In this document: positions 48,087 to 62,263 of the stretch, piece by piece
Position numbering within the stretch: the first letter of the stretch is position 1
Layout of the letters: every line of letters begins with the position of its first letter
Assembly (NCBI GenBank): GCA_001643675.2
Contig: LSRY02000020.1
Span: forward strand, 930,001 to 994,000
DNA: 64,000 bases
Direction of reading: 5' to 3'
DNA from: Monocercomonoides exilis PA203
Taxonomy: Eukaryota; Protista; Preaxostyla
Made by a program: the position numbers and the translations under genes
Notes under the pieces: generated by a model
Seen by the model: the letters and a program-made list of their open reading frames with translations, nothing else
Database searches by the model: none
Told to the model about the DNA's origin: nothing

Positions 48087-51000
48087 TTATTGATTACATT
48101 GGTTTATTTCACTGTTTTTGCAATTTAACATATTTCAAATGTCGACATTTGAAAATTTTTAATTTTTTTATCGAGCGACATTGAATTTTAAATAAGTTTT
48201 CTGAATAAAGAAAAATTTTCAAAATCAGATCCAGAGATACGCAATTTTTTTTGTGATTATTTTATAATCTGAGAACAACAATGTTTTAGCAAATGAAGTT
48301 TATTCTTTCTTTGCACATCAAGAACTACTGAATATTGGAAAATTGTTTTTTCAAACGTGAATGATTATGCACTGAATTGAATAAATTGAGAAATCAAACG
48401 CAATAAATGATTTTCATCATTCATGAATAAGATTTAAATACCAATAGTTTATTTTCATTTTGATCTCTTCAATTTTTATTAGTTGACATATAATCAAAAA
48501 TGACTTGGTATCAGTTTCTTTGGAACAACTTTTTGAAATTTTCACTTTATTCAAAAGTGGAACGTTTGTGGAGCGTTTTTGAAGAATGAAAAAACTCAAA
48601 TAAAGATTGTTTGACCGGAAAATTATTCAAAGTGTGTATTTATCTCATTGGATGATGAACATATTTTTTTAATAACAAACTTTTTAAACTCTGTTTTCAT
48701 ATTTTGAATGAATATTAAACAAATAAAGAACAAAAATTTCCACAGGAATAAAAATGATCAAATGTAATCCAAAAGTGTTAAAAAGCGTTTGAAGGAAGAG
48801 AAAAAGAAAAGTGATATTTCTTTGATAGATTTTGATAAGAAAGAAAGGCCGAATCAGATTTGATAATTGACAACTGCCCACACTTATAATTGCTTAAAAC
48901 GGGAAACAAGAATCATCATTTTTGAAAATGAAGTGCAAATCACTTTATAAAATATAAGTTTTCATTGACATTCTCAAATGAACAAAACAAATTGCCAGAA
49001 AGTCCGTTGAAATGTGGAAATAAGGAGCGTTTTCACACTTAAAACCTTCAGAATATCCTGTCATATCCAAACGTTCAATCGAAACCTTGACTTTCATCTG
49101 TCGATAATCACATGCTTCTTTCAATCGTATTTCCTTCCTTTTCTCTCTTTCTGATTATATTCATTCTTCTGCAACATTGAACGTTGGATTGTTGGTTTTT
49201 CATGCAATAAACACAAGTTTTGACTTGACGTAGCATCAATCAGCCCCTTTAGTAAAAAGGATACGCTTTTCCATCAGATACAGCTGATTGAATCGAGGAA
49301 AATGCGATATGTTTTTGTTTTTAACATTTTATCATTAGAAATGCATTGTTTTATTATTCGATGAACATGAAACAAAACAGGAAAATGAAATGCATTGTTT
49401 CTGCATATCAATATTTTATTCTTATTAAACAATTTCTTCTTTTTCTTTGATAAATTTATATTATCATATTCTTCTCCATTTCCTTCTTCATCCACCTCCC
49501 TCTTCTGATGAAGCAGAGTATCAAATGTCACATCTTCAACTGCACAATAGCACCATAGGTGTTAATGTTTTTTTTACAAACATTTTGCATTCTCTTTGTC
49601 TGATTGCAAGGAGAGGCGCACACAGAATTTAGCAAGATGTGAATAAGGAAATGCTGATAGAGAAAATGAAAGGAAATATAACAAAAGAGTGAAAAAAAGA
49701 GAATGATAAAATGAATTGAAGAGAAAGCGATAAAAGTTCGAGAGATTGAATCTTTAGACAATAAAGAAGATGTTAATGTTGCGATCATGTGAAGGCGAAA
49801 AGGAAGATGGCAGAATGAGTGATGACAATTAGATAATCGAAGTACAGTATTTGGAGCTGTCAGTGGAAGAGGTGGAAGATGAGAAGCCACAGATTTGATG
49901 TGACAGTTGGGGGATGATGAAGAAGGACAGTTGGAGGCTGATACGTAGCAGATAAATGTGGAGAAGGAGATTGAGACGAACCAGAAGCACTCTGCATTGT
50001 AGTTAATGTTGATGCACCATGTCCCTTTTCTAGCCAAGGCAACACAAACTTTGTCTTTGATTCGTCTCTATTCGACATAAGTTCTGGTAATAATATTCTT
50101 GGAGGTGCATTGCAGCGAGGAGTTGACGAAATCTTTTACGTAATTCATCAGGGAGAAGAGAAGAATGATGATCAAAGAGCACAGACCAGAGATTCAACTG
50201 AGAGAGGAGGAAGGGAAGGCGAAGAAAGCAGAATATACACTTTTTTCAATCAGCCCTAATCCAGAAAATTTAGCAACAAACTCGTCTCATGAATTTGCAG
50301 ATTGTAAAAGCAACCCACAAGACACAAAGGGTTACAATGCTTTCCCTTCAGTATTGCAATTAGCAACTTCATCCATAACATATTTCACAACTGAGTTACC
50401 AAGGCGAACTCTTTTCTTCAAAGTGAAAGTTTCAGCCACGTCAATAGATCGAACATGTCAACTTTCAAAGAAATATTTTTGATTTTCCACGGGATGACGC
50501 ATGAAATGAAGCATTGACTGATTCCATCCACAGAGAAGGTGGAGAAATAGATGGTGACATTGATAGAAGACATATTAAAAATGGCCAGGAAGCGAAAAAA
50601 TTCAGGAAAAAGATGATGAAGAAGAAAAAGAATGTGGAACTTGAGTCGGAGTGGAGGAAGCTGAATATTGGAAAAAAAAAGAAGCGGGAGGACGACAGAT
50701 TAATCGAGGCAAAAATAGAAACGGAGGGTAATCATCATAGAGAAAGAAAGGATTCTTATGAAGCAAAAATCGAAAAACAGAATGTTTAAGAAAAACCCGC
50801 AGCTTCCATTGTTTGAAAGCTTTCCACCCAGCCATGCTTCTTCTGTGTTTCCAAAATCGTCATATCCTTCTTTATCTTTGAATTACACTTCTTCTTATGA
50901 TGCTTCAGATTTGAAGAAACAAATGTGCAAGCATCTTTAAAAGTTTGCGGACATGTTGATTGAATTTGCTGTCTCTATGTATTTATATTCATTGCTGCGT

Positions 51001-53234
51001 TTGAGAGGGGAAGTGTGAAGGCGTTATAACAGAAATGTGAAATATGCATGATTGATTTAAGTCACGTTTATTTTTGAACTGTTATCGATTTCCTTACTTT
51101 TCAATTTTGGAAATGAAAACTGAGTTATCAATATTTCTTTTTCAATTTCCTCATTTTTTTGCTTTCATGAAAGCACTTTCATATCTGTGAATTGCATTCA
51201 ATTTGTGTTTAATATTTGTTCAAACTCCTGCATTTCTTCCTTTCACCTCTCTGCACTTGCAATTATCAAATCTCATCCCTGTTCATATTATCACCACAGT
51301 TCAACCAAAACTCGTCGAACAATATCGCTTCAACCTCTCTGCCATGCACGATCCAATGCAGCCTCTTCAAAATTCTCCTGTGCCTCAAAATTATCAGAAC
51401 TTCAACATCCTCTTTTTTGTCTTTTGCAACCACTCCGCATTTACGTTCCAATAAAAGCTGAACATGCAGAAAAAACTGCCTCCTTTGGAGATAATGCGCA
51501 AGTGCGATAAAAGAAGGGCTTGGAAAGAGACAGGTTAAAGAAATGAAAAAAACAAAGGAGGTTTGGGATGTATAGAGAGTAATTGTGCACGAAATATCAC
51601 AGTTATTGATACTTTGGAAGTGTGCAGATTTCATTTTGCATAGCTACTGAGAACAGAAAGAAAGCAAAAGCAGAAAAGGCAGAGGAAGAGAAAAAGAGGA
51701 TAAAGATAAGATAGATGAGAAAGATGAGAAAGAAGCGGAGGCAATAGAATGCAATGAGGAAAAGAAAGGGAAGAAAAATAAAAGAATGAGATTAACGAAA
51801 AAGAAAAATTAGCGTAAATTGAAGAACCTTATTATTTCGGTTGATACAACAAATTTGTTTCAGAACGCATCTTTTTGTGTAAAAAAAAAATAGATTTCAA
51901 TTAAGTTAAAAAACAATTCACGTTTCCAATTTTATCTGTTTCATTTGTATTCTTTAACGATGAAACACCGATAGATAATTAATGAAGAAAAAAATATTAT
52001 CTAACCTTTTTAATGGAGAAAGAAAAATTTCTTCAGTGAATTGAATTATCAGTTTTTGAGAAAAGAAAAAAAGCAAAAGAAAAAAATAAGGAATTGAATA
52101 AATCTTCATTCCAACAAAAATAATATGATAAATGTGAGGAAAGAACGATTTCGTGTAAATGAGGCTGTTTTTCAAGCAAGTTTCAACATAATAATAAACG
52201 GCATTTGAAATATTTTTGGAATGAACAAAGATGATGTTTTGTTTTGCGTATATGTAAACATATTTATCATATAAAAAACAATTGATAAATTATTAATAAT
52301 TAAAATTTCTTATCAAACAAACAGATAACAAAAGCTCTTGATTGAAGTTCATGAACTTTTATTCCAAACAGGTCTTCTCGTAAATGTTGGTTTTTTCCTG
52401 AAAAAGCAAATGGGGCATAATTTTTAATTTTGTGAAAAAAACATCGATTTGTTCCATACACTAACTGCTTTCATTAATTGATGCGTATGTCATTTTAATT
52501 GATTCAAAATGTTGAGCATGCTTCTATTATATTTTTTTTGATCATCAGTTGATAAAAGAATTCAATATTTAAGGATATAACTAAAATAAACTTTCAAAGA
52601 AAATGAAAAGTGTCAATTTGTTCATGCAGTGACACGAATATGCAGAAAAGACATGTTTTACCATCGTCTGGGAAGCAATTGGAGATTTGACTTTATTTGT
52701 TTGCAATTTAAGGAAACTTCATATTTTTGGAAATGATAAATTAATTGAATATTGAGATTTGATATTTTCATTGAATGAACCAGTCTCAACCTCTGTCTTT
52801 TTTATTGAATCCATTTTCCACGTATTTTCTTTTGTTGTTTCTGTATCTTATTTCTGAGAATGTTTTTGTTAATTTTGCATGCATTTTCCTTTTCCGAACT
52901 CACCCCAACAGTTGCTTCAAGTCAACTTGCTCTTTTGTTTTGCTTATATCCAACAAGCAAAACAAACTGTTCAATATCTTTTTATTTGTTCAACAGATAA
53001 AAGCTATCAAACATTGACTTTCAAATAAGAAATAAATAGAAACAAAAAAGTGAAGAGTTCAATTTTTATATCTTCTTTAAAGTATTTGTCAATTCATTTA
53101 ATTGCAATTAAACAGTGACAAAAATCGAAAAATCTATCAAATGCTTGAAAATTTTTGAATTGATATAAAATCGAAGCATTTAAAGTCTAATTTACTGTTT
53201 GTAATTTTCATCTTTTCTGCATTCTTAAATGTGC

Positions 53235-53278
<44 letters not shown>

Positions 53279-53479
53279 AATCTTTATCATTTTTCAAACA
53301 AAAACATACATCATTTTCATTCTGAATTGCAAAATCGCATTCTCATTTTTCAATTTATAAGTTTTTCATCTTTCATCCACTTAAACAGTTTTTTCTTCAC
53401 TGGCTTTTTATTAATCTTCTTCCATTTGATAATCCTCCTCTTTTTGCAGCATCGTCTAGTGTTCATAAAGCAATGCAAA

Positions 53480-54580
53480 TAATCCTTAATGTTTTTTATC
53501 TTCTAAAGTTGATTGATGAAATCTTCTATATGAATTGAGAGATATGGCTTTAACATTAAACAAATCATCGACCATGAAAATTCTGTTTCCTTCTTCATCA
53601 ATTAGAAATGAATAAATGCAATGAACACAAATTGCTCGGCAATTTTCTTCAGGTGCTTGAATAAAAGAAAGATGAAACTTTTCCGTCAAACAAGCTTTTT
53701 ATTCGGTATTTCGCAAATATTTAAGATAAACTTTCATATTTTCGTCCATTCTATCAAATATTGACTTCTATCATATTTTCTTTACTCATTTCATTTTTCT
53801 TCGTCAGTCAATGCGTTTCATTTAATCTTCCAATAAGTTCACTTGAATTTTTGCAAAGGATAATTCATTTGATAGTATTCCTTCCAAACAAAATTTGTGA
53901 AATATTCGATTAATCAAAAACTGACAAGCAATCAAAATAAGCAAGTCTGTTCAGATTTCTGTGCTCTTAATGATGTGAGATTGCATCAGAGTTTTCATTT
54001 CCAAAAGTTCTCGTTCAGTTTTCTTTTATTGAAAAAGGAGAATGCAATTTATAAAGTTAAAAATGAAATCGAAATACACCTTCATCTTATTCAAAGTGAC
54101 TCAAATTTGCTAAAGCTTTTTCAACTTCTTCAAAAACTTCATCGTTTTTATTTTGCTCAATGCAACTTTAACGAAACAAAGAACACTGCCTGAATGTTTT
54201 TTCTGAAACACCATCGTCGAGCGAAAGGAAACATTAACCACCACCAACGTGCTGTTTTAATTTTTTCATATTCATTTTCCAATCTTCATCAATTATCATC
54301 TTTCAAATTCATCTTCTCAATAGTTATTCATCAAAAGAATAATATAAAAATCTTTATTCATTTTTGAAAGATCCAACTCTCTTCATCAACAATTTTGAAT
54401 TTTTCAAATTCGTTTTCTCCTTATCAATCATTTTATCAATTTCATGAAACAATTTTGATGATAAAAAATATAAAAACTTTTCCTTGTTCATTTGATAAAA
54501 ATATCCATCAATCTCCTCTTTTTTCTGTTTCTGTTCATTTTCATCGAAAGATTCCAGTAAATCAAATATCACCTTAACAA
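53480..54580 (-). pseudogene. Degraded member of an expanded lineage-specific helical-repeat gene family
   Basis: Fragments EIDKMIDKEKTNLKNSKLLMKRVG and a CVLC.VKVAL-like segment. Similar degraded sequence lies at 63150-63560 on the + strand; many stops. Confidence 0.4.
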
Positions 54581-56627
54581 ATATTCAAACACTGACATTC
54601 GAACTTTCAGTTAAACAGTGAAAATATTCAAACTTATAAACATTTCTGTTGATAAAATCTCATAAATTCGATCATTAGCTTTGCAATCAATAATCATTTG
54701 CATATTACCAGCCATGTCAAATAACAAAATTTTGTGAATTATCTTTCGTTAACAAAAAGGCGCAATAAATTCAAATGTCTTTGATTAGAATGCAAAAGAA
54801 AATGGATATGCAACAACTCATTATTGTTAAATGCTTCACAATCATTATTGCAAAAGAATGAGTACAGTAACAACTTGGATTGAATGTTAAAAATCAGATA
54901 AAGAATTTTCGAGTTTCGTTTTGATCTCACCAACAATTTGTTTGAGGATGAAAGTCTTTTTTTCCTTTTTCGAAAAAGAATAAGATCCATCAACAGAAAT
55001 GTTGTTTGAACGATAAGAAAAGAAATGGGGTGAATGATTTTGAAAACGGAAGTTTTTTTTCCTTCAAGAAAAAAGATGGAGATTGAAAACCAGAACATTT
55101 CATAATCACATGATAATTATTGATTGTCGATAATGGAATGTTTATTGAGAATGTGTTTTCAGATGCTTCAGAAGTTTATGGATAATAAAATAAATGTTCT
55201 TTTGAGAATAAATTTTGATTGACAAAAGAAATGAACTTGAGCATGGTCAACATACTTGCAGAGTTACAGAAAATCAATACTCAATGCTCTGATCGTTAAA
55301 TAACTTGTATTATGAAGATATGATTAATAATTCGGAAAAAACTGCAAAGGCCACATTCAACAGAAAAGAAGGAGATTCAGATGTTTCGTGAAGCTCTCAC
55401 TTCAGATAATATTTGCATGCTTCTTTCAAACATATCAAGATTTTTGGTTTTCTCAACAATTTTAATTTCAATAGATTAAAAAGTCAACATTGAATATTGT
55501 GAAAGCCACCTCTCTTCTGGAACTCTTATGAAAAGTTCACTTTGATATTTTTTGACAGCTGAAAACGAAGCAAAAACAATATATGAAGCTTCTGTATAAA
55601 AATAATAAAGAGATTCTCAAATAGTATTATGATACTATTTCTGAAGATTTATTTGGACGGGCTCAATCTGACATTGAAAATCCTCAATCATGTTCATATG
55701 CATTGCAAGCATCATTCGAGCACAAAGACAAATGAGTATAAATTGTTCGAGTTCTGGATTACTTGAATCATTTCTTTCTTCTTTAATCAATGTTGCAAAA
55801 AAAGATAGCACTTTTTTTTTACAGTCGTTCATCGAAGCAACTCAATAAGTGGTCTGTGTGTTTGATTATCTCTGATAAACCTTTTTTCATTATCAATTTT
55901 TCTTTATTCCTTGGTTAATTTTTTTCAGAAAAAAAGTATTGAATGATATCTGTCATGATTTCAACAGACTTATCCAGCACTAATTACCATTCAAATCTGA
56001 TATCCATGATGGAACAATGAAATCAACACATTTTTTTATATGTTTGCACATTTATACCGAACAGACAATTGTTCAAGATACAAATCATCAATCTATTGAA
56101 ACAAAGACAATATTTTTTCTTGAAGATTCTATCTGCAATTGATGTGCGTGCAAATTTTTAAAGCTTATAGTTAATTTCTCATTTTTTTCGATTGAAGATC
56201 TTTTATTAGAATTGTTTTTTGTTGTTTGCAACTACGCATTCGTGAGTGATTGATAGTTCAAAAGACAGCGATGAGAAAAGAAGAAAAGTTCGGAGATTCC
56301 GACATCGAAAGGAATATATTTCAGTGATTTATTGTGATAATAAAAATCGGATTGTTGTTGAATATTGTTTATATTAATATCTTTCAAAAGTTGCGTTGAA
56401 TGGGGTTTTTCATCAAAGTTGATAACATAACAATCACTGTTTTATTCAGATAAAAGTTCTTCTTTTCAGTCTGCAACATGTGAGTTTCGTTATTCAGAGT
56501 ATTTCAAACCCAGTCATTCTTTGCATGTCATTTGTTTTCCATTGTATTCACTCTCGCAAAAATAAAAGAATATTTCAAGAAAATACATTAGATTATTATT
56601 TCATTAGAAATATACCATTATAGATAC

Positions 56628-59004
56628 ATGATAAACACTAATAAAAAAAAAGTGTATTCCGACAGGCCTCGCTCAACAAAAAGCAGGCATGCCGCACAGC
56701 TGTCAAAAGCTTTGAACGACATGGATTCGGAGGACCCGGAGGGATGCTTAATTCACTTCATCCATCATAGCAAACCTGGTAAATCCTTTCGGGAAGTAAT
56801 TGAAAGCAATTACAAAAGTGTGAACATTAATTAAAATTGTTGAATGATAATAATAATATAACTTCTTTGTTTATCTGGATTTATTAATGTTTCTAATGTT
56901 GCTGAACAGTAAAAATAAACAAACTTCTGGAAAATCTTTCGCAGCTACTTTCTGTTCTGAATAGGCATGAAAGGGTTTTGGTTCTCGGTTGTGTGTCAAA
57001 CATTTTCCCCATGGGAAAACTGGAAAAGAGTGATTGGAATGTGACAAAAAGCGAATTCTATTACTCCCAAAAAGCTTGGAAAGATTTTTTAGAGGAAAAA
57101 ACAGTTTCTTCAAACGAACAAAAAAAGGATAATTGCTCCAATTTGAAATGTTTGTCTTTTCTATTTTTTCGTTAACGATAGTTTTCTTGTATTTTCTGTC
57201 ACCAAATAAAGCAAGCCAATTTAATATGGCAGAATCCTGGATGTTGTGCCACAGTTCTTGTAGCTGTGAAAACGGAAGAAAACGAAAAAAATGTTTGCTC
57301 ATTTGCATTTTTCTGAACAATTTGGAATTTTATCAATATCGTTTTTTATATTCACTGCCTTTGATCAAAAACTCTTTTGTATTTACTATTTCAGCTGTGA
57401 AAAAAAACCCTCGGCACAACGATCTGAACGAATCCCAGTCTTGCATTATTACAAATGTGTGTGAAAATGATGCGAACTCAAAAAATCAACATGCAGTTGA
57501 TGTTGATCGAAAAGAAGTCGTCAAAACTTCCTCTCGATCTGAATTTGAAAAGAAAAAAGAAAAGAAAATTATAAAAGATAAAAAAAAAGAAACAGTTTTC
57601 TCTCCGACAGAGAAAAGACTGATAGAAAAAACAAAAAAGAATTTATATTCTGAAATGACGAATGAATTGGAAATCAAAATGGCTTATTCTACGTTTTGTG
57701 AAAAAACAAAGAATTTTAAAAAAGCCAAGAAAAGGACAGATCTTTGTGATATTTGTGAGAGAGGTAATTTTTTAGAGAGGAAAGAAAAAGAATTAATGAA
57801 AAAGAATAAGAAATTAAATGATGAAGAAAAAGAAGAAATAGAATTAATTGAAAACCATAGAAAAATGGCAAAATGCCAGCGTGATTATTTTTATCACGTG
57901 AAAAATAACATGAAACAAAATGAAGTTTCCATCATTATGGACTTCAAAGAGAATTGGGCTTTGCCCATTACAAGAAACGAAACTTGTAAAAATTTTTATG
58001 AAAAAAAACAAATTTCACACTTGTGTTTTGTTGTTTTTAAAGTTAACAAATTTTATAAACTTGAGAAATTTTGTTTTAATTTCTTTTCAGAAATTTTATC
58101 TCATGATTTTAGATTTGTGTTGGAATCATTAAAACAATTATAGAAATTTGATATTTTCAAAGATGTTTCTTCTTTTCAGTTCTTTTGTGATAATGGTCCC
58201 CATTATAGGGACTCACACATATTACACTTTTTATTATCTAATTCGTCTCCAATTTTTTCTAATAAAATTTGTTCTTTGTCATTTTTCGCAGAGCACCACG
58301 GGAAAAGTGAGTGCGATAGTGAATTTGGTCATTTAACTCGTTTAATTAATAATAATTTAAATGATAATGTTTTAATTACTATTGATGATTTAATTTGTTT
58401 TTTCAATTCTAAATGCAATTCTGAATATTGTGCCAATAATTTTATTAATTTTAATATTGATAATATTTCTTTTTCTGATAGTGATACACAGATAACAATA
58501 AATGAACAAGATAATACAACAATTTCTACTGATTTGTCTTTTAATACCAACGGACAAAGAGAAAATGAAACGAAACATATATTTTTAAAGTGTGTTTAAA
58601 TTTTTTTTTAATTTGATCAACATAATTTTTTCTTATAAACTAAAATCTTTATTTTAATATTAAATTTGATATATCTTAATAAATCTGATAGACACGAAAT
58701 AGAAGCAGACAATATCTGGGGTGAATTAATCATCTCTGGAATGAAGAAATTTTTGTTTTTCACAAAGAAAAATAGAAAAATATTGTCTTCTCCTCTCAGC
58801 AGTATTGATTCTCAGAATTTTGTAGAAATAAATTATAGAGAAAGAAAAAGAAAAACCGAAAAGGAAAGGAAAGTTTATTTGGGTAATGGAAAGACCGAAA
58901 ATTCGTTTAATATTGAAATGGATAAAAGTATTGGAAAAAGCGTGAAGAAAACAATAAAGGATAGAATGAATTATTTGAAAGCTTTTAATTATGATTCAAC
59001 ATAA
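56628..59004 (+). pseudogene. DDD-type (Sola2-like) transposase gene, copy 2, intron-containing, mildly disrupted, without USP
   Basis: AYSTF...KKAKKRTDLCDICE...HRKMAKCQR, IIMDFKENWALP, FYEKKQISHL, FFSEILSHD, in-frame TAG at 58141, FFCDNGPHYRDS, FFAEHHGKSECDSEFG. Collinear with 46600-47770. Confidence 0.75.
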
Positions 59005-59288
59005 TTAAATAACACTTTTTTTTCTGATGACTCTTTAATAGGTGAAGATTCAAACTGCTCCATTGAAAGCGAATCAGGTATGTTACGTATGCAAGAAATA
59101 AACATTTCTCCAAAGAATTGCTCTATTCATTTTCAAACCATAAATAATTATTCACATTTCAATTCTTTTAATTTTGATAGCTCTGAAGGTCAGAATAATT
59201 CTTCAAATTTGTCTGATTTTTTTATTAACTCAAATTCATCAATTGACAGCAACTCCACAATGGAGGAAGTTTTCTAAATATTTATAAC

Positions 59289-59468
59289 TTTTTTATAAAG
59301 TCCATCTTTTGAAGTCTTGCTTATCCAATGATAACTGTTTTTTTCAGTTTGAGGACTAAACTGAATCCTTCCTATTTTTATTCAAATTTTTTTTGGATAA
59401 GAATTTGCAGGCCTTGGGTCCAGATTCAGTTTCCCAGGAGACTTTCAAAAAATGGACTGTATAAAAAA
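59289..59468 (+). ncRNA. Candidate conserved structured RNA downstream of transposase copy 2
   Basis: Stems aaactgaatc (59358-67)/gattcagttt (59423-32) and atttttattc (59374-83)/ggataagaat (59395-404, two G-U); ~29-bp closing stem 59289-59317/59439-59468. Confidence 0.55.
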
Positions 59469-62263
59469 ATATGTGTGAATAATTTCACATTATGCCAAAA
59501 CCAAGTGAATATACTTTAATATTTATCATTATTATTAATTGTTTTTTTTATGATAAAAATTTTTTCTATTTTTTTTCATTTTCGATTTTTATTTAATTTT
59601 TATTGTATTTGCTTTTTCGATTTTCTTTATGATTTATTAATTGATTTTTTTCCTTTATTTATTAATATAATTCTATTCATTAGGCGTAATATTATGGGTG
59701 GAACAAAAGTCAGAAAGAGCGAAATACTGTCCCAAATATTAAAAAAGCATGTTATTAATAATGATTATCCATAAAAAACGCATGAAGAAACATTTTTTTT
59801 TCATCAAAATTCACATTAATATTCATCGTTCAAAAAATTAAATTCATCTGATTTAATACTTCAATTCTTGCCAGTTTAAAAATGTTCTCAAATTCAAGCC
59901 CGAAAAAAAGTGTGATCCCAAAAATAATCACCCACATGTTTTCCTCAAACGTTTCGACATTTTTTCGGCTGTAAAAAGTGCATGTTTTCCATTGAAGATT
60001 AATGACCAGTCTTCTTGATCAAATAGTTATTATTGACAGAAAAACACTAAAAATTCATGATTTGAACAGGAAAATACTCATAAATATAATTGTCTTAATC
60101 AGTCTTTCTCAAAAAGGCAGTGCTTATTGACTAATAATCACCACCTTCATCTGACCAAGAATCCGCATTTCCTTTTTTCTTCAAGCTCATTCCTCTGAGC
60201 CTTTCAACGCAAATGTATCCAAACAGGTAAACCTTCTTCTGTTGTCCAATTTCTATCTGGCAATTCTTCTGGCTCTCCTTGAAGAGCCTTTGCCAGTCGA
60301 CGTGAGTGATGTCTGAGAAGGGCTTGTCCATCTGAGCAGTTGAATGTGACTCTTTACCGCCTGTGTCATCTTTCGTGCACCGCACCTGCTTGATGGAGAC
60401 GCGGGTTGGTAGCAGGGCGAGGAAGGAGTGAAAAGAGGGGAGAAGAGAGAAGCTGTGCGGAAGTGCTTGATGCTAGTTGGATGAGAACGCAGCAAAGGTG
60501 AAGGAATTGTGGTTTTCTTGATGTATTTCTGGACGAGAAATGATGTTTTGTGCTTTTTCTGTTGTTTCATTGCATTTGGACAGCAAATTGTTTTGTTTGC
60601 CTTGTGATATTGCTTCAGAAGTAGAGCTGTGGTGTTCTTTTGTTGTTTTGTGTTCTCTTTTTTCTTTATCAACATTCGCTTCATTCTGCTTCAGAATGTC
60701 CCTTATTGTCTGCACAAACAGCGACTGCAGCCCATCCACATCGATCCACATGGCACCTATTGCCTCAAAGTGGATTTTCTATTTCTCTTCTTCATTCAAT
60801 ATGTACTCCATCAGGGGGCACTGAAACGATGAATTAGCTGCAAAATTAGTTCTGTCTGGAAGCACTGGCTGAGATGTGTTTGAAGATGTCTTGCTTTCAT
60901 TCCATTACGTTGATGCTTTTCTTTCGCTTCGATAAATTTTGGATTTGCTTATCTCACTTTATATCTCATCCTATAACTTTCCTTTCTCTCTTTCTCCATT
61001 CTCTTCTTCAGCCTCAGTCTCTGTTTCAGCCTTCGTTTCCTCTCCGCCTGTTGTTTCCACTCTCCCCCAAAAGCATCCTTTGTCTTCCACTCCTCTCTCC
61101 ATCACATTTAAGCCCACAACTCTTCCTCCCTTCCAATGCTTCTCCAGTGGCGCTGGGTCGCACAACACTCCGATTCCTTCGACTTTATGCACAAACAGCG
61201 TCTTCACCCCTGGCTGTTCAGACAGAATATGTGTGAGTGTACAGTTGGCAATGAAAGAGTGCAGCTTCAAAGCGTGTTTCAAGGGATGCATGCACTGGTT
61301 ATGCCTGTTGAAACGGTAGTCAGCCCAAAGAAGGTTTGAAACAATTCCGTTGATCTAAAAAATTAGATAACAACAATTGAAAGAGGAAAAAGTTGACTGG
61401 GAGTTGAAGGAGGAAGAAGATGAAGATGATGAAAATAATATGGATTTCTGTTCAGGCTCCTAATTGGAATTGCATTTTCGACTTTGTTCAAATGCTTCTC
61501 CCACGTTCTTTGTATTCATTTCCTTGCATCCAAAGTCTTCACATTGAATTTCTCTACCCAGCTCCCCACTTCTTTATCAATGGAGAATGTCAGTCAGTTG
61601 CTAAAAAGCAGCTTCAGAGAAATATCGAGCAGCTGAAAAATTGATATAATAGCATTATTTTGACAAATAGGCAAAATAAAGGCTATACTGATTTTATTAA
61701 GACAAAATTTCCTTTATTTTGACCTTTCTTACAGATCAACTTCAATCTGGAAGAGCAGAGCATCGATTCGCAAGTCGGATTTCTTGAAAAAGGTTGTGCT
61801 TAGTTCAGTCTGTGAAGAAGAAGAATTAAAAGAAGATTCAAATTATTTGAATATGAAAATGAAAACATTTGTAGAATAACAGAAATTTTCGTTCATAATT
61901 GGAACTATGAATATCGTTTTTAAAGCAGAAGCCACAATGATTATATGCAAATAATAAGTTCGAGAGATTAACACGTATCAAAAAGCAAAATTCAAAACTG
62001 TTTTTATTCAAAAACAATTGAATTTGTTTTTCATATTTTATTTCTTTATAATTGATTATTGAATACAACTGGAGTTAAATTGCTTCCCTTCATGCAAACG
62101 GAATGGATAGAAGCATCCTTCTTTTGTTGAAACTCTCAATCAGCAAAGCAAATGGAAAAAATTGAAATACAAAATAATTAATTATCGAAAATTATGGAGT
62201 GTTTTGATCATCCCATTGAATGATCTTGAAAATTGCTAGTAGAAATAGAATTAATTTTGAAAC

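Noticed and set aside
53236-53277. Poly-A tract as a retroposon tail (also the T/A tracts at ~10242-10292 and ~12616-12665)
   Set aside because: No flanking TSD or upstream retroelement sequence was identified.
58141-58143. In-frame TAG read as Gln (TAR-to-Gln code known in some oxymonads)
   Set aside because: H2A, the GT-D gene and the Merlin transposase end at TAA at the expected positions and lack internal TAR codons. Stops occur only in degraded elements that also have frameshifts.
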